DNA of 64,000 nt from an uncultured bacterium (GTDB taxonomy: Bacteria > Cyanobacteriota > Vampirovibrionia > Gastranaerophilales > Gastranaerophilaceae), in assembly GCA_902462155.1 (NCBI GenBank), contig CABQAQ010000008.1:38613-102612 (forward strand), given 5' to 3'. Made by a program: the position numbers and the translations under genes. The notes beneath the pieces were generated by a model that worked only from the letters and a program-made list of their open reading frames with translations, did not search any database and was not told the DNA's origin. Shown here piece after piece: positions 54,488 to 64,000 of the stretch. Positions within the stretch are counted from its first letter, which is position 1, and each line of letters starts with the position of its first letter.

Positions 54488-55828
54488 ATGAATAGAGAAA
54501 ATGTAAAAATAGATACAATAGTAGTAGGTGGTGGACCATCCGGAATCGCAAGTGCAATAACAATAGCAAGAGGCGGAAAAAATGTAGTTGTACTTGAAAG
54601 ATCAAGTCAAGCCGGTAAAAAAAATATGTTTGGCGGAGCGTTTTATACTCAGTCAATATTAGAAATATTCCCTGATTTTTTTGAAAAAATAAATGATATT
54701 CCTATTCAAAGATTTAATAATCAGCATAAATATATACTATTAACAAAAGATCAATCAGTATCTATTGATTATAAAAAGAATATAAATAATGATTTTTATA
54801 ATAACAAAAAGGATTTACCATCAAGTTTTACAGTATTTAGATCTGAATTTGATAATTGGCTTTTAGAACAAGCTAAAAAAGAGGGTGTATATTTTTCGCC
54901 AGATACAGTAGTAAGATCGTTAATATACAAAAACGGAAAAGTTATTGGAGTCAAAACGGATATTGAAGAAATTTACGCACCTATAGTGATACTAGCAGAT
55001 GGAGTTAATTCTTTATTAGCAAAAGAAGCAGGATTAAGAGATACAATACAGCCAAAAGATGTTGCTCTTGGAGTAAAAGAGGTAATTAAATTACCTTGCG
55101 AAGTTATAAATGAAAGATTTAATTTAAAAGACAATCAAGGCTGTATATTTGAATTTTTAGGTTATCCTTTAGATAAAACATTTGGTCTTGGCTTTATGTA
55201 TATAAATAAAGAAAGTATAAGTATAGGTCTTGGTATTGCTTTAGATGATCTATCTAGAGCAAAAAAAAAGCCTTACGAGTATTTGGAAGAATTAAAGAAA
55301 CATCCATCAATATCCCCATATATAGAGAATGGTGAATTAATAGAATATAATGCACATTTAATACCGGAAGGTGGTTATAATAAAATACCAAAGTTATATT
55401 CTGATGGAGTTATGATTGTAGGCGATGCAGCTATGCTTGTAAATAATTTGCATTTTGAAGGAACAAATTTAGCATTAATAAGTGGAAAATTTGCAGGTGA
55501 AACAGCTTTACAAGCATTAGAATTTCAAGATTATTCATCCAATATGTTGAAACTTTATCAAAAAAAAATAGAAAATAGTTTTATTTTTAAAGATTTAAAA
55601 TCATATAGAAATTTAGTTGCAACATTACATTCAAGAAAAAACTCCTTTTTAAACTATTACCCAGAAAAATTATGCAAATTTTTCAATATATTTACGTCAG
55701 CAAATGGGAAACCAAAGAAAAATTTGTTTAAAAGTTTTATTATGGATTTTTTCAAAGACAGGTCAATAATAGAATTACTAAAAGATAGCTTAGCCGTTTT
55801 GAAATTATTGTTTGAGGTATTTAAATAA
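54488..55828 (+). CDS. fixC: FixC-like electron-transfer-flavoprotein:quinone oxidoreductase
   Basis: 446 aa. FAD-binding motif IVVGGGPSGIASAI and GDAA in VGDAAMLVN. Confidence 0.8.
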   Translation: MNRENVKIDTIVVGGGPSGIASAITIARGGKNVVVLERSSQAGKKNMFGGAFYTQSILEIFPDFFEKINDIPIQRFNNQHKYILLTKDQSVSIDYKKNINNDFYNNKKDLPSSFTVFRSEFDNWLLEQAKKEGVYFSPDTVVRSLIYKNGKVIGVKTDIEEIYAPIVILADGVNSLLAKEAGLRDTIQPKDVALGVKEVIKLPCEVINERFNLKDNQGCIFEFLGYPLDKTFGLGFMYINKESISIGLGIALDDLSRAKKKPYEYLEELKKHPSISPYIENGELIEYNAHLIPEGGYNKIPKLYSDGVMIVGDAAMLVNNLHFEGTNLALISGKFAGETALQALEFQDYSSNMLKLYQKKIENSFIFKDLKSYRNLVATLHSRKNSFLNYYPEKLCKFFNIFTSANGKPKKNLFKSFIMDFFKDRSIIELLKDSLAVLKLLFEVFK

Positions 55829-56124
55829 TGTCAAAAGAAAAGTTGCCAGAAAATATAGATGATAAATTGTATACATTAAAATATAAGAAAGATCAAGAAT
55901 CGCATTTAATAATAGACGAACAGATTTGTAAAAATTGTAAAGAAAAGCCTTGTACTTATATTTGTCCTGCGAGTGTATATGTATATGAAGAAAAAGAAGA
56001 TAAAATAAAAATTAATTATGAGAATTGTTTAGAATGTGGAGCTTGTAGAATCAGTTGTAAAAAGAAAGCAATAAAATGGCTATATCCAAAAGCTAAATTT
56101 GGTGTAAACTTTAAATATGGATAA
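55828..56124 (+). CDS. fixX: FixX ferredoxin-like protein
   Basis: 98 aa. C..C....C.YICP and C.ECGAC..SC motifs. Its start overlaps the fixC stop. Confidence 0.8.
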   Translation: MSKEKLPENIDDKLYTLKYKKDQESHLIIDEQICKNCKEKPCTYICPASVYVYEEKEDKIKINYENCLECGACRISCKKKAIKWLYPKAKFGVNFKYG

Positions 56125-56156
56125 ATAGATATAAAAAATAAGGGGAATAAAGAAAA

Positions 56157-56615
56157 ATGAAAGAAAATTATAGCGAAAATACAAGAAGATGGTATGATAA
56201 GGATCCTATTTTATCAAGATCAATGAGGACTTTAGAGAATTCTGATGACGGAACACAAATAAAAATAGCATTAAATTTAATAAAGATAATTATAGAGCAT
56301 AATATAACAACATCAGATTTTTCAGAGGTAGATGATATATTAAATGCAGTGGAAGAAGGCCGAACAGAACGAGGAAATGGCAGATGGTATGATATAGATG
56401 TAACATTAAGAACAGCAATTAATATGTTAGAAAATTGTAGCGAAGAAACACAAAAAGAAATAGCAAAAGAAATGGCTAAATTAGTAGTAGATAAAATAAA
56501 AGAGGAAGACTTATTTGAAAATGAGTTAGATGAAGACTCAGAAGACGATTTATTTATGGAAGAAGATGACGAAGAAGATGATTATAGTGATTTAAAAGAT
56601 CCGTTAAATAATTAA
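56157..56615 (+). CDS. hypothetical acidic protein with an internal RWYD repeat
   Basis: 152 aa. RRWYDKDPILSRSMRTLENSDDGTQIKIA and GRWYDIDVTLRTAINMLENCSEETQKEIA are an internal duplication. The C-terminal tail is highly acidic. Confidence 0.55.
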   Translation: MKENYSENTRRWYDKDPILSRSMRTLENSDDGTQIKIALNLIKIIIEHNITTSDFSEVDDILNAVEEGRTERGNGRWYDIDVTLRTAINMLENCSEETQKEIAKEMAKLVVDKIKEEDLFENELDEDSEDDLFMEEDDEEDDYSDLKDPLNN

Positions 56616-56696
56616 ATAAAATCTAAATAAATATATGAATAAAGAAAAAGTTTATGATAAAATAAAATAAGTTGTATATTTGTTTGGAGCAGAGAA

Positions 56697-57647
56697 ATGG
56701 AAAAGTACAAAATAGGAACAGATGTAGGTGGAACTAATGTCAAAATAGCTTTAATTGATAAAAACGGAAGTTTAGTATATTCAAATACAGTTCCGACCAG
56801 AGCCGAAATGGGATATGAGTATACAATATCAAATATAAAACAAGCTATATATGATTTAATGAAAGAAACAAATACTGATAGTACAAAAATAGAGGGAATA
56901 GGATTTGGATTTCCTGGGCAAATCGATTATGATCTTGGAATAGTTAGAACATTACCAAATATTCCAGGGTGGAATAATGTGCCATTGGCAAAAATAATGG
57001 AAGATGAGTTTTCAATACCGACAAGAGTAGATAATGATGTAAGATGTGCAGCTTTAGGTGAATTAAATTATGGAGCAGGAAAGGGTAGTCAAAATTTAGT
57101 TTGTATTACTGTCGGAACAGGTATTGGTTCCGGTTTAATAATAAATGGTAAAATAGTAAGAGGTGCAAGTAATGCAGCCGGAGAAATAGGTCATATAAAA
57201 TTGCAAGAACAAGGTGGTCCTATATGTGGTTGTGGAGATACAGGATGTTTAGAAGCATTTGCATCTGGTCCATCAATTGTGGCGTTAGCTTTAGAGTATA
57301 TAAAAGGTGGAAAATCAACAAAATATAGAGAACTTGCAACAGGAGAGATAACTCCATATATAGTAGCGGAAGCAGCTAAAGCCGGTGATTGTGTAGCTAA
57401 ACGTATATTTGAAATTATAGGTGAACATATAGGTATAGGTTTAGCCTCTATAGTTAATTTATTAAATCCTGAAAAAATAATCATAGGCGGTGGTGTAGCT
57501 GAAGCCGGTGATTTATTATTAGATCCGATAAGAGAAACAGTAGAAAAACGAGCTATGCCTATACAGGCAAATGCAGTAAGTATTGTTAGTGCTAAACTTG
57601 GTAATACGGCAGGTGTAATAGGCTCTTCGTTGTTATTAGGAAGCTAA
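56697..57647 (+). CDS. glcK: ROK-family glucokinase
   Basis: 316 aa. GTDVGGTNVKIALID ATP-binding motif and the ROK zinc motif CGCGDTGCLE. Confidence 0.8.
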   Translation: MEKYKIGTDVGGTNVKIALIDKNGSLVYSNTVPTRAEMGYEYTISNIKQAIYDLMKETNTDSTKIEGIGFGFPGQIDYDLGIVRTLPNIPGWNNVPLAKIMEDEFSIPTRVDNDVRCAALGELNYGAGKGSQNLVCITVGTGIGSGLIINGKIVRGASNAAGEIGHIKLQEQGGPICGCGDTGCLEAFASGPSIVALALEYIKGGKSTKYRELATGEITPYIVAEAAKAGDCVAKRIFEIIGEHIGIGLASIVNLLNPEKIIIGGGVAEAGDLLLDPIRETVEKRAMPIQANAVSIVSAKLGNTAGVIGSSLLLGS

Positions 57648-57676
57648 AATATAAAAGAAATTTTTTATTTACAATT

Positions 57677-58654
57677 ATGAGTGTTTATTTTTTTTATGGA
57701 CAAGAAACTTATTTGATCGAGAATGAAATCAAGAAGCTTAAAAATAAGCTTCTTGATTTATCTTGTTTATCTATTAATTATAAAGTGATAGATAATCCTG
57801 ATTTTCCGACTTTAGAACAGACTTTATTGTCGCAACCAATGATGTTTGGTAATATGTTAATTGTTATAAGGTGTGAAAAATATTTTTTAGATAAAGACAA
57901 AATAGAATTTACTGATAAAGAATTGAAAATAATAGAATCTGCAATTAAAAATGTCGTAGAATCTTTAAATATAGTATTTTTATGCATAATACCAAGAGAT
58001 TCTTTAAAAAAGATAGATACACGTCGTAAGTTATTTAAGATAATTTCTCAAAACTCTAAAGCTAAAGAGTACCAAGAATATAAAAGTTATGATAAAGATC
58101 TTCATTTGTTTATAAATAATTTGGCTAAAAACCAAGAATTAAAAATAGATAATAATGCTATACAAGCAATAATTGAACAAGTAGGAACAAATTTAGAGTC
58201 AATAGTAAATTATTTTGAAAAAATAAAACTGTATATTTATCCGGAGAAAAAAGTAGATATAAAAACAGTAAAAGAGAATTGCCCTATTAGTGAGGATATA
58301 TTTTTATTTTTAGATAAAATTATTGCAGGAGATAAAGATCAAGCAATGATTGAATACAAATCATTATGTTTCAAAAAACATCCGTTAGAAATAATAGCAT
58401 TATTAAATAGTACATTTTCTAATTTGATATTTATAAAATCTAATGAAAATAAAATGTCACAGAAGTTAATAGCCCAGAGTTTAAAGATGCATGAGTATAG
58501 AGTAAAATTAACCTCAGAGAAAATAAAGAAAAACAGCCTTGAGTCATTAGTAAAATTTAAAAAAAGAATTATTGACACAGAGTATAAAATAAAAACAGGA
58601 AAGATGGATACAGATTTAGCTTTTGAACTATTATTACTAAAAGGAATAGTATAA
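57677..58654 (+). CDS. holA: DNA polymerase III delta subunit
   Basis: 325 aa. YFFYGQETYLIENEIKKL start and the overall delta-subunit pattern. Confidence 0.7.
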   Translation: MSVYFFYGQETYLIENEIKKLKNKLLDLSCLSINYKVIDNPDFPTLEQTLLSQPMMFGNMLIVIRCEKYFLDKDKIEFTDKELKIIESAIKNVVESLNIVFLCIIPRDSLKKIDTRRKLFKIISQNSKAKEYQEYKSYDKDLHLFINNLAKNQELKIDNNAIQAIIEQVGTNLESIVNYFEKIKLYIYPEKKVDIKTVKENCPISEDIFLFLDKIIAGDKDQAMIEYKSLCFKKHPLEIIALLNSTFSNLIFIKSNENKMSQKLIAQSLKMHEYRVKLTSEKIKKNSLESLVKFKKRIIDTEYKIKTGKMDTDLAFELLLLKGIV

Positions 58655-58685
58655 ATTAAAAATAATAAAAAGGAATAAATAAAAA

Positions 58686-59672
58686 ATGTTTCATCCGATA
58701 CTATTAAAAAAATATCCATATATTGCTAATTATTTTACCGAATTGTTCAGACAAGATATTAAGAAGCTTCCAAATGCTTTATTATTTTATGGTTTAGATA
58801 TTTTAGGTCAATATATATTTGCAAGAAATATAGCAAAAATATTAAACTGTAAAAAAGATAAAGAGTATAATTGTGATTGTTTGAATTGTAATTGGATAAA
58901 TACAAATACGCATCCAGATATATTAACAGTATCAAAAATAGATTTAAAAGCCGGTAATGATAATACAAAGTCAGTAATTTCTGTTAAGCAAACTGAAATG
59001 ATAAAAGAAAGATTATCTATTCCAAGTGAGAATTATAGAGTTATTATTTTTTGTGATGCAGATATTAAAAATCTGACTCCTGTAGAATCAGAATTATATA
59101 TGGAATATAAAAATACAGGTTTTAATTTTGAGAATCAATTTAATCAAAATGTACCCAAAGACGGGTCTAAAAAATGGTACCCAAGTGGTATTACACAAAA
59201 AGTGCTGCAAGAAGAGGCCTCAAATGCTCTTTTGAAATTAGTTGAAGAACCACCTAATAATGTTCTTTTTATCTTCCTTGCAAAAGATAAGCAAGATGTA
59301 ATTGAAACTATTTTATCACGATGTAATATATTTTATTTTCCTCAAAAAGTAAAAGAAAATTATAATCTTGAAATAGGTAAAGAATTTTTTCAAGATTATT
59401 CTGAATTTAAAAAATTAGATTTTAATTCAATATATGAAAGATTACTGATAATAAAAGAGAAGTATTCTATAGAACTTGATTTTATATTTGATAATTTAGA
59501 ACAATATTTATTAAATTTATTAAAATCATATTATAAAAACAAATACCTATTTCAGACTATTTTGAGAGATATTAATTATATACAAGATTCAAAAAAACAA
59601 TTAAATAGTTATTTAAAAGAGGTACAAATTTTTGAAAATTTGAGTTATAATTTAAGCTATTATTCTAGATAA
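58686..59672 (+). CDS. holB: DNA polymerase III delta-prime subunit
   Basis: 328 aa. ALLFYG... degenerate P-loop region, zinc module C.C..C, HPDI and SRC (ILSRCNIF) motifs. Confidence 0.7.
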   Translation: MFHPILLKKYPYIANYFTELFRQDIKKLPNALLFYGLDILGQYIFARNIAKILNCKKDKEYNCDCLNCNWINTNTHPDILTVSKIDLKAGNDNTKSVISVKQTEMIKERLSIPSENYRVIIFCDADIKNLTPVESELYMEYKNTGFNFENQFNQNVPKDGSKKWYPSGITQKVLQEEASNALLKLVEEPPNNVLFIFLAKDKQDVIETILSRCNIFYFPQKVKENYNLEIGKEFFQDYSEFKKLDFNSIYERLLIIKEKYSIELDFIFDNLEQYLLNLLKSYYKNKYLFQTILRDINYIQDSKKQLNSYLKEVQIFENLSYNLSYYSR

Positions 59673-59752
59673 ATTTTTTGGTAATTTAAAAAATATTTGG
59701 TATAATAATAAAATATGAAGAAAAAACATTAAGTTATTGAAGGGAACAGAAT

Positions 59753-61612
59753 ATGCAGAAAAATCAATCTGTTGGGTTTTTTATTGTAATAGGAATATTA
59801 GTAGTAGTATTGTTCTTAATGCTTGTAAGTGGCTCAACAACAAGTACACAAGAAATATCATATAGTAATTTTCTTGCAAAGGTTGATAAAGGTGAAATTT
59901 TAAAAGTAGAAATGGATAACGAAGTTTTAGTTGCAGAACCAAAAATTCAGCCAAAATTATCGACAAATTCAAAGTTTCCGGATGCAGCTGTACCAAAAAT
60001 ATTATATAAAACTCTATTGCCATCTAATGATGCTAATTTAATGAATGCTTTAAAAGAAAATAATGTAGACATAAAAATAAAAAAGACAAGTGATGCAAGT
60101 AGCTTTAGTTGGTTAGGCAGTTTAATACCGATTCTACTATTAATAGGGATCATGAGTTTTATTTTTAAAGTAGTGCAAACAGGTGGATCCCAAGCTATGT
60201 CATTTGGAAAAAGTAAAGCTAAATTATTGCAAGATAATAAAGTTAAAGTGACATTCAAAGATGTAGCAGGAATTGATGAAGAAAAACAAGAATTAGAAGA
60301 AATTGTTGATTTTTTAAAGAATGGAGAAAGGTATATAAAACTAGGAGCTAAAATACCAAAGGGTGTATTACTTGTAGGATCTCCAGGAACAGGTAAAACA
60401 TTAATGGCAAAAGCAGTGGCCGGAGAAGCTGGTGTACCATTTTTCTCTATATCCGGTTCTGATTTTGTAGAGATGTTTGTAGGTGTAGGTGCTTCAAGAG
60501 TAAGAGATTTATTTGAACAAGCAAAGAAACATCAACCTTGTATTATATTTATAGATGAAATTGATGCTGTAGGCCGCCAAAGAGGCGCAGGAATGGGTGG
60601 CGGACACGATGAACGTGAACAAACTTTAAATCAACTTTTAGTTGAAATGGATGGATTTGATGAAAATATTAATATTATAGTGATAGCAGCAACAAATAGG
60701 CCGGATATTTTAGATAATGCATTACTTCGTCCGGGTCGTTTTGATAGACAGATAGTTATCCATAGACCGGATATCCAAGGAAGAGAACAAATATTAAATG
60801 TACACGCTAAAAATAAACCGTTAGATGATGATGTGGATCTAAAAGTTATTGCTAAAAGAACCCCTGGATTTACCGGAGCTGATCTTCAAAATGTATTAAA
60901 TGAAGCAGCATTGTTAGCTGCAAGGAATAATCTTTCAAAAATCAATATGAAAAATATGGAGGAAGCTATAGATAAAGTTATAGCAGGACCGGAAAAGAAA
61001 AGTCGTATAATTTCTGATGAGGAAAAAGAGAATACAGCATATCACGAAGTTGGCCACGCTCTTTTAGCTAAATTATTAAAGAATGCAGATCCGTTACATA
61101 AAGTATCAATAATACCGAGGGGAATGGCGCTTGGTGTTACAATGACGTTGCCTGAAAAAGATCATTTAACAATGAAAAAATCACAACTTATGGATAAGAT
61201 TACAATGTTGCTTGGGGGAAGGGTTGCAGAAGAAATTATTTATGGAGTTGATTCTATCACAACAGGAGCTCAGAATGATATAGAAAAAGTATCGCAACTT
61301 GCAAGAAAAATGGTTACAGTCTGGGGTATGTCCGAAAAAATGGGTAATATGGCTTATGGAAATAACCAAGAACATGTATTTATGGGTCGTGATTTTGGAC
61401 ATTCACGTGATTTTTCTGAAGAAATTGCTGCTGATATAGATAGAGAAGTTAAAAAAATAGTGGATGAAACTTATCAGTATGCCAAAAAACTTTTAATTGA
61501 AAATAAAGATATGTTAGAGATTCTTTCAAAAGAGTTATTAGAAAAAGAAACCTTGGATGAAAAAGAGTTTGAAGATATTATGCAAAAAGTTAAAGAAGAA
61601 AGGACTAACTAG
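59753..61612 (+). CDS. ftsH: ATP-dependent zinc metalloprotease FtsH
   Basis: 619 aa with two TM helices. AAA+ Walker A motif GSPGTGKT, second region of homology, and HEVGHAL zinc motif. Confidence 0.96.
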   Translation: MQKNQSVGFFIVIGILVVVLFLMLVSGSTTSTQEISYSNFLAKVDKGEILKVEMDNEVLVAEPKIQPKLSTNSKFPDAAVPKILYKTLLPSNDANLMNALKENNVDIKIKKTSDASSFSWLGSLIPILLLIGIMSFIFKVVQTGGSQAMSFGKSKAKLLQDNKVKVTFKDVAGIDEEKQELEEIVDFLKNGERYIKLGAKIPKGVLLVGSPGTGKTLMAKAVAGEAGVPFFSISGSDFVEMFVGVGASRVRDLFEQAKKHQPCIIFIDEIDAVGRQRGAGMGGGHDEREQTLNQLLVEMDGFDENINIIVIAATNRPDILDNALLRPGRFDRQIVIHRPDIQGREQILNVHAKNKPLDDDVDLKVIAKRTPGFTGADLQNVLNEAALLAARNNLSKINMKNMEEAIDKVIAGPEKKSRIISDEEKENTAYHEVGHALLAKLLKNADPLHKVSIIPRGMALGVTMTLPEKDHLTMKKSQLMDKITMLLGGRVAEEIIYGVDSITTGAQNDIEKVSQLARKMVTVWGMSEKMGNMAYGNNQEHVFMGRDFGHSRDFSEEIAADIDREVKKIVDETYQYAKKLLIENKDMLEILSKELLEKETLDEKEFEDIMQKVKEERTN

Positions 61613-61638
61613 CTCAGTACCGGAGCTAGTTAGTTTTT
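61607..61638. terminator. hairpin shared by the convergent ftsH and orphan gene
   Basis: 9-bp stem aactagctc / gagctagtt, 7-nt loop, then ag-TTTTT. It overlaps both stop codons. Confidence 0.45.
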
Positions 61639-63408
61639 AATTAGCATGTTTTCTTTTTTAAGTTGTACTTTATATTGATTTTCTACTTTTGCAAATTCAA
61701 CTTGTTCTGTTTCGTCCATTATGCCACGAAAATCTAGCACTAACTCAGGTTCTATACTACTAACTATTCCGCTTGTTAAAGGTTTTTTAACTTTATGATT
61801 AGCCGGATCGTAACAATAAACTTCTTTATTTCCATTAGAATCTGATGTTAATATATTTATGTCAAAGTGTTCATTAACATATTCAGGGTCATTTATTAAT
61901 CCTAATTCAATAGCAGCAGAATTATATGATGCTTGATATTCTATATCTTCAGTTAAATCTTCTTCTTTTATTCCTTGTTCTCGTTCTTGTTGTCTTATTT
62001 TAAAAATATCATCTTTTAGTGAGTCTAGCAGATATTTTGCTAATTCTGCTGCTTGTTGGCAAACACTGATACCGGTTGCAACGGTTATATCTAAAGGCAA
62101 GATACCACCTTTATTTTTTGTATCTTTTTGTCTATTTTCTTCTAGAGCGTTTACATCAAAGATTCCATATGTATCCATATTATTTAAGGCTGGCAAATAG
62201 TGTGCTTCTTTACCATGAAAAGGGTCTTGGCTTAAATGTAGAAGTTGTTGTGAAAAATTAGCTCTTATCCCCGGTAATGTTGTATGAATATGATATTCTA
62301 TTAATGTAAGTATTGAGGCTATATCTTTAGGCGATCCATTTTGTTCATAAAGACTTTTAAACTCTTCATAATTGGCTCTTAAACTATTTTTTTCTTTTAA
62401 ACGTTCCCCAATTGCTTTTAATGTTTTAAGTTGTTTATTTTGAAGTAAGTGTTCTTTGCTTGCTCTAGGAATATTTTTTATATCTCCATTTTCTAAAATT
62501 ACTAATCCTTCTTTTATTAAGGTTAATTTTCGTTCTAATTGTTCTTTTGGTGTAAGTTCGTTAAATTCATTTATAATTACCTGATTAAGTTCTTCATCTG
62601 CAAGATCTTGAATACAATACTTTTCTTTTATTTCATCAGAAAAATAGTTTTCAATATATTCTTTTTGTTCATATCTTAACTCATTTTCTTCCGCTTCGGA
62701 AGTAATTGTATATCCACAAGAGTATCCGTATTCAAGTATTGCTTCGTCAGAGGTATCATCTTCTGTTAGTTCCACTGATTTTATTATATCTCTGATTTCG
62801 TTCATTATCATAGCTTTATGTTCTAGAGTAGATCTAGAATATACAAATTTTGGAGTTTGTGTTTGAATTTTAGTGTTAAATATAGCTTCTCTTTCAAGAT
62901 AGTCTTTGGGCTTTTTTAAAAGATTCCAACTCTGTTTTATTTTAAAATTTAATTTATAGTTTTTATGCATAGTGTTTTTTATTGTTTGCAATTTACTAAG
63001 TGGTTGTATGTAATCTAATCTTGTAGAAGGTAGCTCTTCAAAAGTAGGTTTTTGAAATAATTCTTTTCCACTCGTATCAAAATCACTAAGAATATTATTT
63101 GAACTAGGTATAAAATTTTTTTTATTAATGTTATCTTGGGTATCATTAAAATATACTTCACTGAATAAATCTTCTACGGAGAAGTCTATTGTAGTATATT
63201 CTTTATTAGAAATATCAAAATTACTTTCAGATAAAGAATCTAAATTTATAGTCTTCTGAAGACTATAATCAAAAGGCATATCTATAGAGTATTTTTCTTC
63301 TATTGTTTTATTCTGATTATCTTGACTCATTTCTTCTGTATTTGTAGGAGAAATAGAAGAACTAGAAACTCTTCTAATAGAATCAGTTTTGGTTAAATGA
63401 AACTCCAT
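61630..63408 (-). CDS. large hypothetical protein
   Basis: 592-aa ORF with ribosome-binding site AAGGAGA. No TM segment, signal peptide or catalytic motif recognised. Confidence 0.55.
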   Translation of the reverse strand: MEFHLTKTDSIRRVSSSSISPTNTEEMSQDNQNKTIEEKYSIDMPFDYSLQKTINLDSLSESNFDISNKEYTTIDFSVEDLFSEVYFNDTQDNINKKNFIPSSNNILSDFDTSGKELFQKPTFEELPSTRLDYIQPLSKLQTIKNTMHKNYKLNFKIKQSWNLLKKPKDYLEREAIFNTKIQTQTPKFVYSRSTLEHKAMIMNEIRDIIKSVELTEDDTSDEAILEYGYSCGYTITSEAEENELRYEQKEYIENYFSDEIKEKYCIQDLADEELNQVIINEFNELTPKEQLERKLTLIKEGLVILENGDIKNIPRASKEHLLQNKQLKTLKAIGERLKEKNSLRANYEEFKSLYEQNGSPKDIASILTLIEYHIHTTLPGIRANFSQQLLHLSQDPFHGKEAHYLPALNNMDTYGIFDVNALEENRQKDTKNKGGILPLDITVATGISVCQQAAELAKYLLDSLKDDIFKIRQQEREQGIKEEDLTEDIEYQASYNSAAIELGLINDPEYVNEHFDINILTSDSNGNKEVYCYDPANHKVKKPLTSGIVSSIEPELVLDFRGIMDETEQVEFAKVENQYKVQLKKENMLIKN

Positions 63409-63626
63409 AAAATCAAGTCTCCTTAGGTTTATTATATTTATAAAAAAAATATAAATTAGTAAATTTTAAACTTTAGTATTTTATTTACAATTTTTAATAT
63501 AAAAACTCTTATTAAAAATTTTTCTTATATTAAAACGAAAAAAGAATAAAAATAATCATTGAAATATTTTTATAGCTGTAGTATGATCTTCGTAAAAATA
63601 AAGTTTGAAGTTTTCGGGGAGATTAT

Positions 63627-64000
63627 ATGCAAGTTTATATTGGCAAAACTAATTCTAGATATGTTAATAGACAAAATAAAGAAAATGATAAAATAGGTAA
63701 TGCTTCTAATATTAAAGCAGATACTGGTAAAAAAACTAGTAAACAATTTATGGAAAATTCTAAAGAAAATAAGATAATCTATACAGAATTACCTATGTTT
63801 GGTGAAAATGGAGAAGTATTGGTTCCAACAAAATATGGTTTTAAACCTTTGTATGCAAAAGACGCTTTAAAAGATAAAGAACAAGAAAAAATGAGCAATG
63901 TTTCTGATATTAAAGCAGATACTGATAAAAATTCTAAAGGGAATAAGATAGTCTATACCGAATTACCTATGTTTGGTGAAAATGGAGAAGTATTAGTTCC
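63627..64000 (+). CDS. hypothetical tandem-repeat protein (5' part; runs off the window)
   Basis: ATG at 63627, 5 nt after GGGGAG. The frame is open to the window end, so the ORF is absent from the track. It contains two copies of the SNIKADT...NKI.YTELPMFGENGEVLVP unit. Confidence 0.6.
   Translation, partial: MQVYIGKTNSRYVNRQNKENDKIGNASNIKADTGKKTSKQFMENSKENKIIYTELPMFGENGEVLVPTKYGFKPLYAKDALKDKEQEKMSNVSDIKADTDKNSKGNKIVYTELPMFGENGEVLV
63699..64000 (+). repeat. imperfect in-frame tandem repeat
   Basis: The aatgcttctaatattaaagcagatact unit at 63699 recurs at 63897 (198-nt offset). The aataagata.tctatac.gaattacctatgtttggtgaaaatggagaagtatt.gttcc unit at 63768 recurs at 63942 (174-nt offset). Confidence 0.9.

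Noticed and set aside
58339-58719. 126-aa minus-strand ORF spanning the holA-holB junction. Similar antisense or shadow ORFs occur at 2353-2535, 3682-3951, 4367-4636, 5285-5497, 6334-6790, 14695-14883, 16908-17189, 18263-18562, 19884-20163, 23274-24018, 25154-25342, 27519-27716, 30772-31074, 36153-36398, 41583-41804, 44126-44646, 45894-46115, 47709-47990, 54420-54656, 57191-57484, 57778-57987, 58759-58968, 59781-60258, 61181-61402 and 62076-62261.
   Set aside because: Each is fully or largely contained in a longer, motif-supported ORF on the opposite strand or in another frame.

Overview
This is a 64-kb chromosomal segment from a very AT-rich bacterium using the standard genetic code. I see about 75 protein-coding genes, one tRNA, and no rRNA, CRISPR array or intact mobile element. 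Most genes are core housekeeping. They include prmC, a four-subunit 2-oxoacid:ferredoxin oxidoreductase, zupT, surE, lspA, rluD, rpsL-rpsG and mpg. A truncated dcw block (rsmH-ftsL-ftsI-murE) sits next to prfA and thyX. Further genes are serA plus a class-V aminotransferase, ribH, a split chrA pair, mutS, ribD, trkAH, folP, secA, ybaB-recR, rsmI, fixCX, a ROK glucokinase, holA-holB and ftsH. An SLH-domain protein, a DciA-like (DUF721) protein, ThyX and a LapA-like protein suggest a diderm of the non-photosynthetic cyanobacterial (Melainabacteria-like) lineage. That placement is inference only. The housekeeping backbone is interrupted by several short accessory islets of orphan genes: (i) a decayed recombinase-like scar with a C9 homopolymer next to the initiator tRNA; (ii) a terminator-bounded three-gene module with a phage tail-fibre-like N-terminus, followed by a structured about 380-bp non-coding region carrying an orphan minus-strand terminator; (iii) four small proteins between thyX and serA that look more G+C-rich than their surroundings, two of which share a perfect 53-nt repeat; (iv) tandem divergent thymidylate-kinase-like paralogs in an apparent operon with DciA and a GT2-like membrane protein whose DxD motif reads NPN; (v) two adjacent genes sharing an N-terminal QYNAVKIDIY module, one fused to HEAT repeats; (vi) a 592-aa orphan facing a tandem-repeat protein at the window edge. 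I regard the small-protein cluster at 27.7-29.5 kb and the paralog pair at 42.5-44.3 kb as the best candidates for something undescribed. I cannot assign a function to either from sequence alone.
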